Below are positions 1-10,179 of a DNA stretch of 64,000 bases, in pieces (within the stretch, counting starts at the first letter, position 1; the number at the start of each line of letters is the position of its first letter). Origin of the DNA: an uncultured Rikenellaceae bacterium. Lineage in GTDB: Bacteria > Bacteroidota > Bacteroidia > Bacteroidales > VadinHA17. The stretch covers positions 22,165-86,164 of the forward strand of contig CAZQRQ010000006.1 of NCBI GenBank assembly GCA_964595725.1, written 5' to 3'. Under the pieces are notes generated by a model, which saw only the letters and a list, made by a program, of their open reading frames with translations, had not been told where the DNA came from and did not search any database. Made by a program: the position numbers and the translations under genes.

Positions 1-5
1 TGTTC

Positions 6-266
6 ATGGATAAATGGCAGTATACTATCAAGGAGATGGAAGGGACTGTTTTTGGCGATAACGGGGAATCGATCCCTGTTTTAACATACGAGGAACTCGC
101 TGGCCTTGTACTTGGATATGATCCATGGGAGCTTGGATTGCAGTATCATATGGTTCAGTCTGAACCTCTTCTAAGGAAAATGGGCATTGAAATCAATGAG
201 GAAACAAAATACATTACCAGGGATGGCAAGAAATTGCCGGTTCCGGAGAATCTAATGAATGTATGA
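6..266 (+). CDS. small hypothetical protein; may begin upstream of the window
   Basis: 86-aa ORF in the track. The frame stays open to the window edge (TTC at 3-5). Its stop overlaps the next start (ATGA at 263-266). No Cys and no motif I recognise. Confidence 0.4.
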   Translation: MDKWQYTIKEMEGTVFGDNGESIPVLTYEELAGLVLGYDPWELGLQYHMVQSEPLLRKMGIEINEETKYITRDGKKLPVPENLMNV

Positions 267-1297
267 CCAGTGCCGGTATTATAGCAATAATTGGCGGAGG
301 GGTGGCAGGTATAGAGTCAGCAGGCCAGCTTGCCAGGGCTGGTTATAAAGTAATTATTGCTGAAAAATCCGGTTCAAAAGGAGGGCACCTGGCTGACTGG
401 CACCAGCTTTTCCCCGACCGACGAAACGGTAAGGATATTATGGATTATCTTGAGAAACAGGCTGGTCACAATAATATCAGCTTTCTGTATGATACCGAAA
501 TATCAGGTATAGATAAGAAACATGGAATATTCATCCTGTCAACCGGCAATGGTAAAAAAATTGAGGCAGATGCGGTAGTGGTCGCATCGGGGTTCGATCT
601 GTTTCGCAGTGAGCGAAAGGAAGAATACGGTTATGGCATATATGATAATGTAGTTACGTCTGCCGACCTGGAACAAATGTTCCGGAATGGCAAAATACAG
701 ATGACCAGCGGGGAAGAGCCACAGAGGATAGGCCTGATACATTGTGTGGGTTCGAGGGATGAAAAAGTCGGAAATCTTTACTGCTCGAAATTATGTTGTG
801 TGACCGCGGTTAAGCAGGCTATAGAGATCAAGGAACATATAAAAGATGCAAGAATCTATTGCTTCTATATGGATATGCGGATGGGAGGAGCCTATTATGA
901 GGAACTCTACAGGGAGGCCCAGGAGAAATATAATGTCAGTTTTATAAGAGGTAAGGTCTCAGAGATAGGTGTCAGCTTTGACAGGAAACTTATTGCAAAA
1001 GTAGAAGATACCCTTGCAGGCAGGCCGCTGAAGATGGAACTTGATATGATGGTTCTTATGGTTGGCATGGAGGCCTCAAAGTCAGGAAGAACACTGGCAG
1101 AGAATTCCGGACTGAAATCTGGTAAGAATCGCTTCTTCGAATCAGCTGACAGTTATTTCAGGACAAACAGGAGTAATATTAACGGCATCTTCTATGCCGG
1201 TACATGTACGGCACCTATGAGTGTTCCTGAAACGATTTCGCACGCCCGGGCTGCAGCATCTGAAGCCCTGGATTATCTAAAAAATGGTAAAACATAG
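263..1297 (+). CDS. HdrA-like FAD-dependent oxidoreductase (heterodisulfide reductase subunit A family)
   Basis: 344 aa. N-terminal dinucleotide-binding motif IIGGGVAGIESA. HdrA-type FeS motif CVGSRD-x7-CSKLCC. Translationally coupled to its neighbours. Confidence 0.8.
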   Translation: MTSAGIIAIIGGGVAGIESAGQLARAGYKVIIAEKSGSKGGHLADWHQLFPDRRNGKDIMDYLEKQAGHNNISFLYDTEISGIDKKHGIFILSTGNGKKIEADAVVVASGFDLFRSERKEEYGYGIYDNVVTSADLEQMFRNGKIQMTSGEEPQRIGLIHCVGSRDEKVGNLYCSKLCCVTAVKQAIEIKEHIKDARIYCFYMDMRMGGAYYEELYREAQEKYNVSFIRGKVSEIGVSFDRKLIAKVEDTLAGRPLKMELDMMVLMVGMEASKSGRTLAENSGLKSGKNRFFESADSYFRTNRSNINGIFYAGTCTAPMSVPETISHARAAASEALDYLKNGKT

Positions 1298-1643
1298 TAT
1301 GGACAAGTTTGGCTATACAATAAATAAGCCCAGGGTAATCGATTATGATTCGAACGACAGGAGGATTGCAGAATATATCCTGTCAAGGGAGCCGACCTTC
1401 AGGTTGTGCATTGAGTGCGGGGGATGTGCGGCAACCTGCACTACTGGTAATTACACGTCTTTCAGCCTCAGGGAGATACACGTCCTGATTAAGCGCGGGG
1501 AAAATGACGTCGCAAGGACTAAAATAAAACAATGTATGCTCTGCGGAAAATGTTCTCTGGTTTGTCCACGGGGTGTTAATACGCGCAACATCGTGTTTCT
1601 GACAAAAAAAGCATTCAAAAAATTCGATAATAATGAATTTTGA
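1284..1643 (+). CDS. HdrC-like 4Fe-4S ferredoxin-domain protein
   Basis: 119 aa with two cluster motifs, CIECGGCAATC and CMLCGKCSLVCP. An alternative ATG at 1299 would remove the 14-nt overlap with the upstream gene. Confidence 0.7.
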   Translation: MVKHSMDKFGYTINKPRVIDYDSNDRRIAEYILSREPTFRLCIECGGCAATCTTGNYTSFSLREIHVLIKRGENDVARTKIKQCMLCGKCSLVCPRGVNTRNIVFLTKKAFKKFDNNEF

Positions 1644-3537
1644 CCCTTTTGTAATACCTTTCAATATTGGACTATACTTTATTCTTATATACTGTATTGT
1701 AAGGTGCGTTATTTGGTTCAGGGAATTATCGAGAGCAGATAAACTGAGACTCCAGAGAGGATTTTTCGGCCGGGCTTTCGGGCAAAGCCTGAAAGAGATA
1801 TTTCTTGAAAGCCTGATTCACCGTAAGATATTGAAAACAAACCCAAGGCTTGGATATATGCATATGAGCCTGGCTTTCGGGTGGTTCCTGCTTATTGTCT
1901 TTGGTACTATCGAAGCGGATTTCTTTGGAGAGAGCCATCTTAATCCACCTTATAAATCAATCTTTTTTAAATTTTTCAATCCGGCATATGGGGTAACTGA
2001 TCTTGAGAAAGCTTACTCTTTCCTGATGGATTTTATTTTGCTCTTTATCCTTTCAGGTTTAGCCCTGGCAATTATAAAAAGATTTTCCTCAGGAGTGGTT
2101 GGAATGAAGAAGACTACCGTTCTTAGGCTCCGCGATAAAATTGCACTCACAGCTCTCTGGCTGGTGTTTCCCAGCAGGCTTATCGCTGAAAGTCTGACCA
2201 GCGGAGCATATGGTACAGGCAGCTTTCTTACCGGATCACTGGGATCACTTCTGGCGGAATTTCTTCCAGCCCGGCAGCTTGCATATCCCTTCTGGTGGCT
2301 TTATTCACTTTCTCTGGGTACGTTTTTTATTCTCCTTCCACTTACCAGATACATGCATATACCGACAGAATTGTTTCTTATCTTTATGAGGAACTCCGGT
2401 ATTTCTACAGGAGATAAAACCGGTACCTATTCTGAAGTTGAAGTTTATTCATGCTCATCCTGCGGAATTTGTATTGATACCTGCCAGCTCAATTTCAGCG
2501 CCGGGATAAATAATATCCAGTCAGCATACCTGCTGAAAGCGATCCGTAATAATGATGATGCCTACGAAATTTCACACAATTGCCTTCTTTGCGGCCGTTG
2601 TGACAAATCGTGCCCTGTCGGGATTGAGCTTTCTCCAATAAGGATGATTCAGCGCAGGGAAGAGGAACCGGATATGGATATGAAAAATATCTGGAAAGGA
2701 TATTTCAGGTCACATCAGATAAATCCGGTACCCAGGAACTCTTTAGAACCATCTTATGGGTTTCTTCCGGAAATGAAATCCGGAAAGGCTGATATCATCT
2801 ATTTTGCTGGCTGCATGACCCATCTGACACCGGGAATAAAGGATGCAATGATGAAAATCTTCAGAACCGCCGGTGAGAATGTCTTGTTTATGGACGAAGA
2901 TGGAGGAGCCTGCTGCGGAAGGCCATTGATGCTGGCAGGACAGGACCATGAAGCCCGCGAACTGATCAATTTCAATTCGGAGATCATATGGAAGTCAGGT
3001 GCTCATACACTTGTTACATCATGCCCCATCTGCTATAAAATATTTAAGGAAAGCTATTACCTGGATGTGCAGGTGCTTCATCATTCACAATATATCAGGA
3101 ATATTATCGAAGAAGGATTGATAAGGCTTAATTATTCCCGTCAGAAAGTGGTTTATCATGATCCCTGTGAATTGGGAAGGGGTTCAGGTATATATAAGGA
3201 ACCAAGAGAAGTCCTGGCCTGGGTTGCCGAATTAATGAACACAGAATATGACGGGGAAAATTCCCTCTGTTGCGGAGGAAGCATAGCTAACATAAAGCTG
3301 GATCAGCGTAAGAAATCTGCAATAGCATCTGATGTGATAGCCCGGATGACATCAGGTGATCCTGATGTTCTGGCAACAGCCTGTCCCCTGTGTAAAAAGA
3401 CATTTTCGAAAATAGATGGAGTCAGGGTAGCTGATATTGCAGAAATAGTTGCAGGAGAGCTATCAGAGGTTCAGAAAAAGAAAACCAGGGCTTCTGTGCT
3501 TAATATCAAAGAGCTAATGAATATCTCGCTTCAGTAA
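1633..3537 (+). CDS. membrane-anchored FeS/CCG-domain oxidoreductase (HdrE/DsrM-like membrane part fused to HdrD/DsrK/GlpC-like part)
   Basis: 634 aa. The hydrophobic N-terminal ~250 aa holds several helices and His residues (GYMHMS, TRYMHIP). Two ferredoxin motifs, CSSCGICIDTCQ and CLLCGRCDKSCP. Two CCG-type Cys-rich domains (CCGRP..CPICYK and CCGGS..CPLCKK). Confidence 0.8.
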   Translation: MNFDPFVIPFNIGLYFILIYCIVRCVIWFRELSRADKLRLQRGFFGRAFGQSLKEIFLESLIHRKILKTNPRLGYMHMSLAFGWFLLIVFGTIEADFFGESHLNPPYKSIFFKFFNPAYGVTDLEKAYSFLMDFILLFILSGLALAIIKRFSSGVVGMKKTTVLRLRDKIALTALWLVFPSRLIAESLTSGAYGTGSFLTGSLGSLLAEFLPARQLAYPFWWLYSLSLGTFFILLPLTRYMHIPTELFLIFMRNSGISTGDKTGTYSEVEVYSCSSCGICIDTCQLNFSAGINNIQSAYLLKAIRNNDDAYEISHNCLLCGRCDKSCPVGIELSPIRMIQRREEEPDMDMKNIWKGYFRSHQINPVPRNSLEPSYGFLPEMKSGKADIIYFAGCMTHLTPGIKDAMMKIFRTAGENVLFMDEDGGACCGRPLMLAGQDHEARELINFNSEIIWKSGAHTLVTSCPICYKIFKESYYLDVQVLHHSQYIRNIIEEGLIRLNYSRQKVVYHDPCELGRGSGIYKEPREVLAWVAELMNTEYDGENSLCCGGSIANIKLDQRKKSAIASDVIARMTSGDPDVLATACPLCKKTFSKIDGVRVADIAEIVAGELSEVQKKKTRASVLNIKELMNISLQ

Positions 3538-3709
3538 TTATTTCTATTTCAGGAATGTCCTGTTCATTTGCCAAACAGGTTTGATCAAAAGATCATTTTT
3601 TATATCGATAGAACAAAATTTTCCGCTTACTTTGTCGTTTATAAATTACTGTACATTCAACCATTACTTTAATGGTTATGGTAGTTTTATTCATTATAAG
3701 GGGGATAAT

Positions 3710-4264
3710 ATGAAATTGAAGGTTTATTTAGTTTTTTTGAGTGTGTTAATGGTTATTACAGCTTCATGTGGTAATTCAGGATCTGTTGAGTCGGGAAAGA
3801 ATAAAACAGCAGACAACAAGATAATTCAGCAGGATGATGGAACGATATCTCTGGATATCAGTAAGGCGTCTTGCTACAATAACTCAGCTGATCCTTCATC
3901 AAATACTGCTGAGTGGAGCTTTGTGGTTTCCAGGGCAGGAAGGTATAACGTCTGGCTTTCCAGCGCTACTACCGATACACTAAATCTTAATTATAATACA
4001 TCTGTTAAGATCACTTTACTTGATGAGCGGCTGGAAGTAAAACCTGTCGGAGACAAAATAGTGCTCGATACACGTGATGTGAGGCGTCCTTATTTCAGGG
4101 CCGATTCTTATATGGGTTCATTTTATATCCAGGATCCGGGAGAATATACCATCCAGTTAATAAGTGAGAAAGTGGCTTCGGAGGCAATGGCGACAGAAGG
4201 CGAAAAAGAATCTTCCCCGTCAACAAAGCTCATGTCGGTTATTCTCACCCCAATGACAAGGTAA
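3710..4264 (+). CDS. hypothetical lipoprotein
   Basis: The internal ATG at 3710 gives MKLKVYLVFLSVLMVITASCGNSG, a signal peptide with a lipobox Cys. The track ORF start at 3581 adds a non-signal extension and is less likely. No catalytic motif recognised. Confidence 0.6.
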   Translation: MKLKVYLVFLSVLMVITASCGNSGSVESGKNKTADNKIIQQDDGTISLDISKASCYNNSADPSSNTAEWSFVVSRAGRYNVWLSSATTDTLNLNYNTSVKITLLDERLEVKPVGDKIVLDTRDVRRPYFRADSYMGSFYIQDPGEYTIQLISEKVASEAMATEGEKESSPSTKLMSVILTPMTR

Positions 4265-4273
4265 AAGCAGGAT

Positions 4274-7200
4274 TCAGCCTGTTATCGTGCTATTCTCTAT
4301 CCATCTTCTGGCATTAACAAAGGCTTTTATCCAAGGTGTAACGTCGTCCATTCTCCTTTCGGAAGGATAATATCCACATTGCCATGGGAAGTAAGTTCTT
4401 TCAAGGTGAGGCATCATAACAAGGTGACGGCCATCGTCTGAACAGAGCGCTGCTGTATCATAATCTGATCCGTTTGGATTGGCAGGATAGGTATGATGGC
4501 TGAACTTCATGGGAATCCTGTAACGGTTCTCCTCAAGGGGAAGGCTGAACCTTCCTTCTCCATGAGCGACCCATATCCCCAGTTCCATTCCCGCCATGTT
4601 ACCAAGCATCACTGAATCGTTATCCTGTATTTTTACACCAATGAAACCAGATTCAAATTTACCCGACCTGTTTATAAGCAAACGCGGCATTTTTTCATGG
4701 TCGGGATATATAAGGTCAAGTTCTGCCATAACCTGGCAGCCATTGCAGACTCCAAGAGAAAGGGTATCATTTCTTTTATAAAATTCCTCAAGGGCTTCCT
4801 TTGCCTTTTTGTTGTACCTGAAAGCTCCTGCCCATCCTTTTGCGGAGCCCAGAACATCTGAGTTTGAGAATCCTCCCACAAAGACGATCATGTTTATTTC
4901 CCTGAGTGTTTCGCGCCCTGATATAAGATCAGTCATGTGAACATCCTTCACGTCAAAGCCTGACAGCCAGAGAGCGTATGCCATCTCGCGGTCGCCGTTA
5001 ACGCCTTTTTCCCGTATTATAGCAGCTTTTATACCACTTTTCTTTTGTCTCTCGGGAGAGATATCAAGCGACCTGAAAGAACCATCAAAGTGGTCAATGT
5101 TAAAACTGAGTGCATGGTTTTCAAAACTGGTATAGCGTTCATGTGCAAGATTATTGGCACACTGATGCATGTCAAGCATATAGGAGCTCCTGAACCATTC
5201 TTTCCTGAGTTCATCAATCTCAAATGTATATGATTCCTCCCCGTTAATAACGTACAGCTTCCTGTCAAGCACAGGATGACCAACAGCAAGGTACCCGATT
5301 CCGTTCTCAAGCAGGAATTCAGCCACTTCGTTCTCATCCTTTACCTGGATGATAATTCCCGGGTTCTGGCTGAAAAGAAGCTTCACCGTATCCGGCTCAT
5401 TTACAGATGTAAGGTTAATATTGATACCACCTGATGTGTTGGCAAAACACATCTCGAGTAATGTTGTGATCATGCCTCCGGCTGAAATGTCATGGCCGGA
5501 AAGAATTTTACCTTTTTTTATTAACTTTTGAATAGTCTTAAAGACCTCGGCGAAATATGCCGGGTCTTTCACCGTTGGGGTATTGTTCCCAATCCTGTTC
5601 ATGATCTGTCCGAAGGCGCTTCCTCCAAGGTTGTGCTGATCCCTGCTCATATCGATGTAGATAAGGCTTGTGTACGGATCATCTACTATCACGGGTTCAA
5701 CTATACTCCGTATATTCTCCACTTCACCTGCAGCTGAAATTATTACTGATCCGGGAGCCAGAACTGTTTGATCCCGGTATTTTTGAGTCATTGAAAGGCT
5801 GTCCTTCCCGGTCGGGATATTAATTCCAAGTTCTATGGCAAACCTGCTGGCTGCCGATACAGCCTTGTATAACCGTGAGTCTTCCCCGCTGTTTTTACAA
5901 GGCCACATCCAGTTGGCAGAGAGTGAAACACTTTTCAGGCTTTCTTTCAGGGGTGCCCATATAATATTTGTAAGAGCTTCGGCTATTGACAGAATTGATC
6001 CTGCAGCCGGATCGATGAGTCCTGCAACTGGCGAGTGCCCCAGAGATGTAGCCATTCCTGCCTTACCCCTGTAATCAAGTGCAATAGTACCAGGGTTATT
6101 AAGAGGAAGTTGCAGGGGGCCCGCACATTGCTGTTTGGCGATCCTGCCTGTTACAGACCTGTCCACTTTATTGGTGAGCCAGTCTTTGCAGGCTACCTCT
6201 TCCAGTTGCAGTACCATCTCAACATACTTATTCAGGTTATCTTTATTGTATGTTAATTCTGTAAAGCCCGCCGGCACCGACTGGTCTTTCATGATTGTCC
6301 GTGGTGGATTCCCGAACAATGATACCAGGGGTATATCAATTGGTTTTTCTCCAGATGCCGTATTTAAAAAAGTGAGGTTATGATCACCGGTCACCTCACC
6401 TATTATGTAGAAAGGAGATCTTTCCCTTTCCGATATTCTTCTCAGTCGCTCCGATTCATCTTTTCTAAGGATAAGTCCCATTCTTTCCTGGGATTCATTA
6501 CCGATTATCTCCCGTGCTGATAATGTCGGATCACCTTTAGGAATCTTGCTGATGTCAATTTTTCCGCCGGCAGATTCCACAAGTTCTGACAGGCAGTTAA
6601 GATGGCCCCCCGCTCCATGATCATGAATTGAGATGATGGGATTGTCTTTCGCTTCACCCAACGCCCTGATAGCATTATATACACGCTTCTGCATTTCCGG
6701 GTTGGCTCTCTGTACTGCATTGAGTTCAATAGAACTGTCATACTGGCCGGTGTCAACAGACGATACAGCCCCTCCTCCCATTCCGATCCTGTAATTATCT
6801 CCCCCAAGGAGAATAATAAGGTCACCTTTTTCAGGAGTGTCTTTGAAGCTGTCTTTCTTTTTGGCAAGACCTATGCCTCCTGCAAGCATTATTACCTTAT
6901 CATAGCCCCATAAATTATTGTTTTCCGAATGTTCAAAAGTGAGAACTGAGCCGCAGATAAGAGGCTGACCGAACTTATTGCCAAAATCACTTGCCCCGTT
7001 TGATGCTTTGATCAGTATATCCACAGGTGTCTGGTAAAGCCATTTCCTTTCTTTGATCTTGGCTTCCCAGGGCTTTACATTTCCTGTTCTGGGATATGCG
7101 GTCATGTATACTGCTGTACCGGCTACCGGGAATGAACCCTTGCCTCCTGCTATCCTGTCTCTTATTTCACCACCTGTACCAGTTGAGGCACCATTGAAAG

Positions 7201-7969
7201 GCTCAACGGTTGTAGGAAAATTGTGAGTTTCAGCTTTCAGTGATAGAACTGATTCAAAGCTGTTTACGATGAAGAAATCAGGTTTGTCCTGTGTGGCAGG
7301 CGCAAACTGTTCAACAACGGGTCCCTGTATTAATGCGCAGTTATCCTTATATGCTGATATAACACTGTTCCTGTTAAGATGAGTAGTGTTCTTTATTAAC
7401 TGGAAAAGTGTCGATTCCTTTTCTTCCCCGTCAATTACAAAAATACCATTGAATATTTTATGGCGGCAGTGTTCAGAGTTTACCTGTGAGAATCCAAAGA
7501 CCTCGCTGTCTGTCAACTTCCGACCTATCGATAGAGACAGTTTTTCAAGGTAGCTGATTTCATCGCTGCTCAGTGCCAGACCTTCTTTTAAATTATACTC
7601 TTCGATGTTTTCAATATATATAATCGGATCCGGTTTATGGTCTATGCTAAAAATATCCTGTCCCAGGTTGCTGTAAACCGACTGAAGCATACGATCATGC
7701 TCCGGAGAATCATTTTCTGAAGGGAAAAACTCCTCTATGCGGACAATCCCTGAGATTCCCATATTCTGAGTTATTTCAACTGCATTTGTACTCCAGGGAG
7801 TAATCATTTCTTTCCTTGGTCCGACAAAAATCCCTGGCACCTCATCTCTTTCAAGCTGCTTTGCATTGCCAAATAACCATATCAACTTGTGAGTATCTTC
7901 TCCGGCCAGAGGCCCGGATGTTCCCACGACAATAACATTTTTAGTTTTGTTTTCGAAGAAAAGAATCAT
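4274..7969 (-). CDS. purL: phosphoribosylformylglycinamidine synthase, single-chain large form
   Basis: 1231 aa. Has the typical FGAM synthase architecture: N-terminal domain, AIR-synthase-like repeats, and a C-terminal glutamine amidotransferase with GVCNGCQ and a His/Glu end region. Confidence 0.95.
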   Translation of the reverse strand: MILFFENKTKNVIVVGTSGPLAGEDTHKLIWLFGNAKQLERDEVPGIFVGPRKEMITPWSTNAVEITQNMGISGIVRIEEFFPSENDSPEHDRMLQSVYSNLGQDIFSIDHKPDPIIYIENIEEYNLKEGLALSSDEISYLEKLSLSIGRKLTDSEVFGFSQVNSEHCRHKIFNGIFVIDGEEKESTLFQLIKNTTHLNRNSVISAYKDNCALIQGPVVEQFAPATQDKPDFFIVNSFESVLSLKAETHNFPTTVEPFNGASTGTGGEIRDRIAGGKGSFPVAGTAVYMTAYPRTGNVKPWEAKIKERKWLYQTPVDILIKASNGASDFGNKFGQPLICGSVLTFEHSENNNLWGYDKVIMLAGGIGLAKKKDSFKDTPEKGDLIILLGGDNYRIGMGGGAVSSVDTGQYDSSIELNAVQRANPEMQKRVYNAIRALGEAKDNPIISIHDHGAGGHLNCLSELVESAGGKIDISKIPKGDPTLSAREIIGNESQERMGLILRKDESERLRRISERERSPFYIIGEVTGDHNLTFLNTASGEKPIDIPLVSLFGNPPRTIMKDQSVPAGFTELTYNKDNLNKYVEMVLQLEEVACKDWLTNKVDRSVTGRIAKQQCAGPLQLPLNNPGTIALDYRGKAGMATSLGHSPVAGLIDPAAGSILSIAEALTNIIWAPLKESLKSVSLSANWMWPCKNSGEDSRLYKAVSAASRFAIELGINIPTGKDSLSMTQKYRDQTVLAPGSVIISAAGEVENIRSIVEPVIVDDPYTSLIYIDMSRDQHNLGGSAFGQIMNRIGNNTPTVKDPAYFAEVFKTIQKLIKKGKILSGHDISAGGMITTLLEMCFANTSGGININLTSVNEPDTVKLLFSQNPGIIIQVKDENEVAEFLLENGIGYLAVGHPVLDRKLYVINGEESYTFEIDELRKEWFRSSYMLDMHQCANNLAHERYTSFENHALSFNIDHFDGSFRSLDISPERQKKSGIKAAIIREKGVNGDREMAYALWLSGFDVKDVHMTDLISGRETLREINMIVFVGGFSNSDVLGSAKGWAGAFRYNKKAKEALEEFYKRNDTLSLGVCNGCQVMAELDLIYPDHEKMPRLLINRSGKFESGFIGVKIQDNDSVMLGNMAGMELGIWVAHGEGRFSLPLEENRYRIPMKFSHHTYPANPNGSDYDTAALCSDDGRHLVMMPHLERTYFPWQCGYYPSERRMDDVTPWIKAFVNARRWIENSTITG

Positions 7970-8130
7970 TGTTGTTTAATTAGAATGCAGTATATCAGTA
8001 TATTAGTGTTTTAAAGGGCTGGCACTAAAGCCTTCCCAAAGATAGCATTTGTTTTTTCTTCTGCGTGCCAGCCAGCTGGTCCTTCATTTTCCTGCTGGTA
8101 AGCTGCTGAGATATCCATGCCTTTATGATG

Positions 8131-10161
8131 TCATTTCAATCCACTTCTCTCAAGCAAGGCATCGGCAGATGGTTCCCTGCCCCTGAATGAGACATAGAGG
8201 TCGATTGGCTTATCTGACCCCCCCTTTTCCAGGACATTCTTCCTGAAAGCAGTGGCCGGTACCTTGTTGAAGACACCTTTCTCCCTGAAGTAGCTGAATG
8301 CATCTGCGTCCAGTACCTCTGCCCACTTATACCCGTAATATCCGGCAGCATAACCACCTCCGAAAAGATGTGTGAAAGAACAGCTCATATTAGCAGATTC
8401 GATTACCGGGAATAGGTCCATTTCTGATAATATCCCGGATTCAAAAAGGGCAACATCCGTCTCAACCGGTTTTGTTATCGTATGCCACGCCATATCCAGG
8501 AAACCAAATCCAAGTTGCCTGTCACATGCATACCCCTCATTAAACGTCGCGGCTTCTTTTATTCTCTGAATAATTTCGAACGGGATTTTCTCACCACTCT
8601 TATAATGTACAGCCCATGTGTCAAGCCATACCTGTTCATAAGCCCAGTTTTCCATAAATTGTGAAGGTAGTTCCACAAAGTCCCTGGCAACATTTGTCCC
8701 GGACACACCTTTATAATTGCATTTGCTTAAGATAGCATGAAGGGCATGGCCGAATTCATGAAGGAAAGTGGTAAGTTCAGTGAATGAGAGGAGGGAAGGG
8801 TTTTTCCCGGTAGCACGAATGAAATTTGTAACTATGGAAACGAAAGGCCTGATATCCTTTGAGCCACTTTTTCTCTGTTCCCTGAACGATGTCATCCATG
8901 CTCCTCCATTCTTGCCTGGCCGTGGATGATAATCAAGATAGAGCAGGGCGAGGTGACTGCCATCATGATCTGACACCTCCCATGTTTTTACTTCGGGGTG
9001 ATACACAGCTATATCTGTTATTTCCCTGAAGCTTATTCCGTAAAGATTCCCCGCCAGTCCGAAGACGGCTTCCTGAACCGATTCAAGGCTAAAATAAGGT
9101 CTCAATATTTCATCGTCGATATTATATTTTGATCTCTTAAGCTTTTCTGAAAAGTATGCCCAGTCCCATCTTTCAACTGGATAAAAATGCCCCAGGTTCT
9201 CAGCAAAATCCTTTATTTCCTTAAAATCCCTTAATGCAGCAGGATGAGAGTAACTGAAAAGGTCATCCAGGAATGCTTCAACTTTTTCCTGATTTTCAGC
9301 CATTCTGTCTCCAAGGACCATCTGGGCATAATTCTTAAAGCCAAGGAGATTTGCAAGTTCCAGCCTTAGATTTGAGATCCTGATCACCAGTTCCCTGTTA
9401 TCGAATTCATTTCCCCTGAATGCCCTTGAGCTGAAGGCTTTAAGCATCTTTTCACGCAAACATCTTTTTTCGGAGTATTGCATAAAGGGTATATAACTAG
9501 GGTAGTGAAGAGTGAAGACCCAGCCTTCTTTTTTTAGCTTGGCTGCCTCCATGGAAGCTGCTTCAATTAATGCCTCCGGCAATCCTGCAAGGTCTTCCTG
9601 CCCAGTAATATGGAGTTCAAAGGAATTTGTTTCCTCAAGTACATTTTCCTCGAATTTAAGACACAGTCGGGAAAGTTCTTCAGATACCTTCCTGAAACGT
9701 TTCCTTTTTTCCTCGGAAAGAGAAGCTCCGCCTAGCAGGAAGCTCCGGTATGTTTTTTCAAGGAGCATTTTCTGTTCCTGGTCGAGGTTACTGTCATTTC
9801 TTTGATTATATACCTCTTCAATACGGCTGAACAATTTCCTGTTTAATGTGATATCGTTTGCAAACCTTGTTAGCACAGGAGATATTTCCTGCGTTGTAGT
9901 CTGCAGTTCCTTGCTGGTCTCTGCACTGTTAAGGTTGAAAAGTACAGCAGTTATACTATCGAGTTTTTCTCCAGTTCTGTCAAGAGCTGCAATACAGTTT
10001 TCAAAATCAGGCGGGGAAGCATTCTCTGTTATAACTATTATTTCTTCCCTGGTATTTTCAATGCAATTTTCTATTGCCGGCTTAAAATGTTCAATATGAA
10101 ATTCACCAAATGGCGGGGTACTGAATGGAGTAGTCCATTCCCTCAGAAGGGGGTTATCCAT
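8131..10161 (-). CDS. dcp: M3 family metallopeptidase (peptidyl-dipeptidase Dcp type)
   Basis: 676 aa. Zinc motif HEFGHALH. Length and overall similarity fit Dcp/oligopeptidase A. Confidence 0.9.
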   Translation of the reverse strand: MDNPLLREWTTPFSTPPFGEFHIEHFKPAIENCIENTREEIIVITENASPPDFENCIAALDRTGEKLDSITAVLFNLNSAETSKELQTTTQEISPVLTRFANDITLNRKLFSRIEEVYNQRNDSNLDQEQKMLLEKTYRSFLLGGASLSEEKRKRFRKVSEELSRLCLKFEENVLEETNSFELHITGQEDLAGLPEALIEAASMEAAKLKKEGWVFTLHYPSYIPFMQYSEKRCLREKMLKAFSSRAFRGNEFDNRELVIRISNLRLELANLLGFKNYAQMVLGDRMAENQEKVEAFLDDLFSYSHPAALRDFKEIKDFAENLGHFYPVERWDWAYFSEKLKRSKYNIDDEILRPYFSLESVQEAVFGLAGNLYGISFREITDIAVYHPEVKTWEVSDHDGSHLALLYLDYHPRPGKNGGAWMTSFREQRKSGSKDIRPFVSIVTNFIRATGKNPSLLSFTELTTFLHEFGHALHAILSKCNYKGVSGTNVARDFVELPSQFMENWAYEQVWLDTWAVHYKSGEKIPFEIIQRIKEAATFNEGYACDRQLGFGFLDMAWHTITKPVETDVALFESGILSEMDLFPVIESANMSCSFTHLFGGGYAAGYYGYKWAEVLDADAFSYFREKGVFNKVPATAFRKNVLEKGGSDKPIDLYVSFRGREPSADALLERSGLK

Positions 10162-10179
10162 AGATTATTATTTTCATCA

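Noticed and set aside
3581-3709. Longer start for the lipoprotein ORF
   Set aside because: The extension has no signal-peptide character. The internal Met at 3710 gives a textbook lipoprotein signal.
8018-8030. Shared GCTGGCACTAA 11-mer with 50555-50565, considered as a possible dispersed repeat
   Set aside because: An 11-12 nt identity between two sites in 64 kb is expected by chance many times over. The flanks are unrelated.
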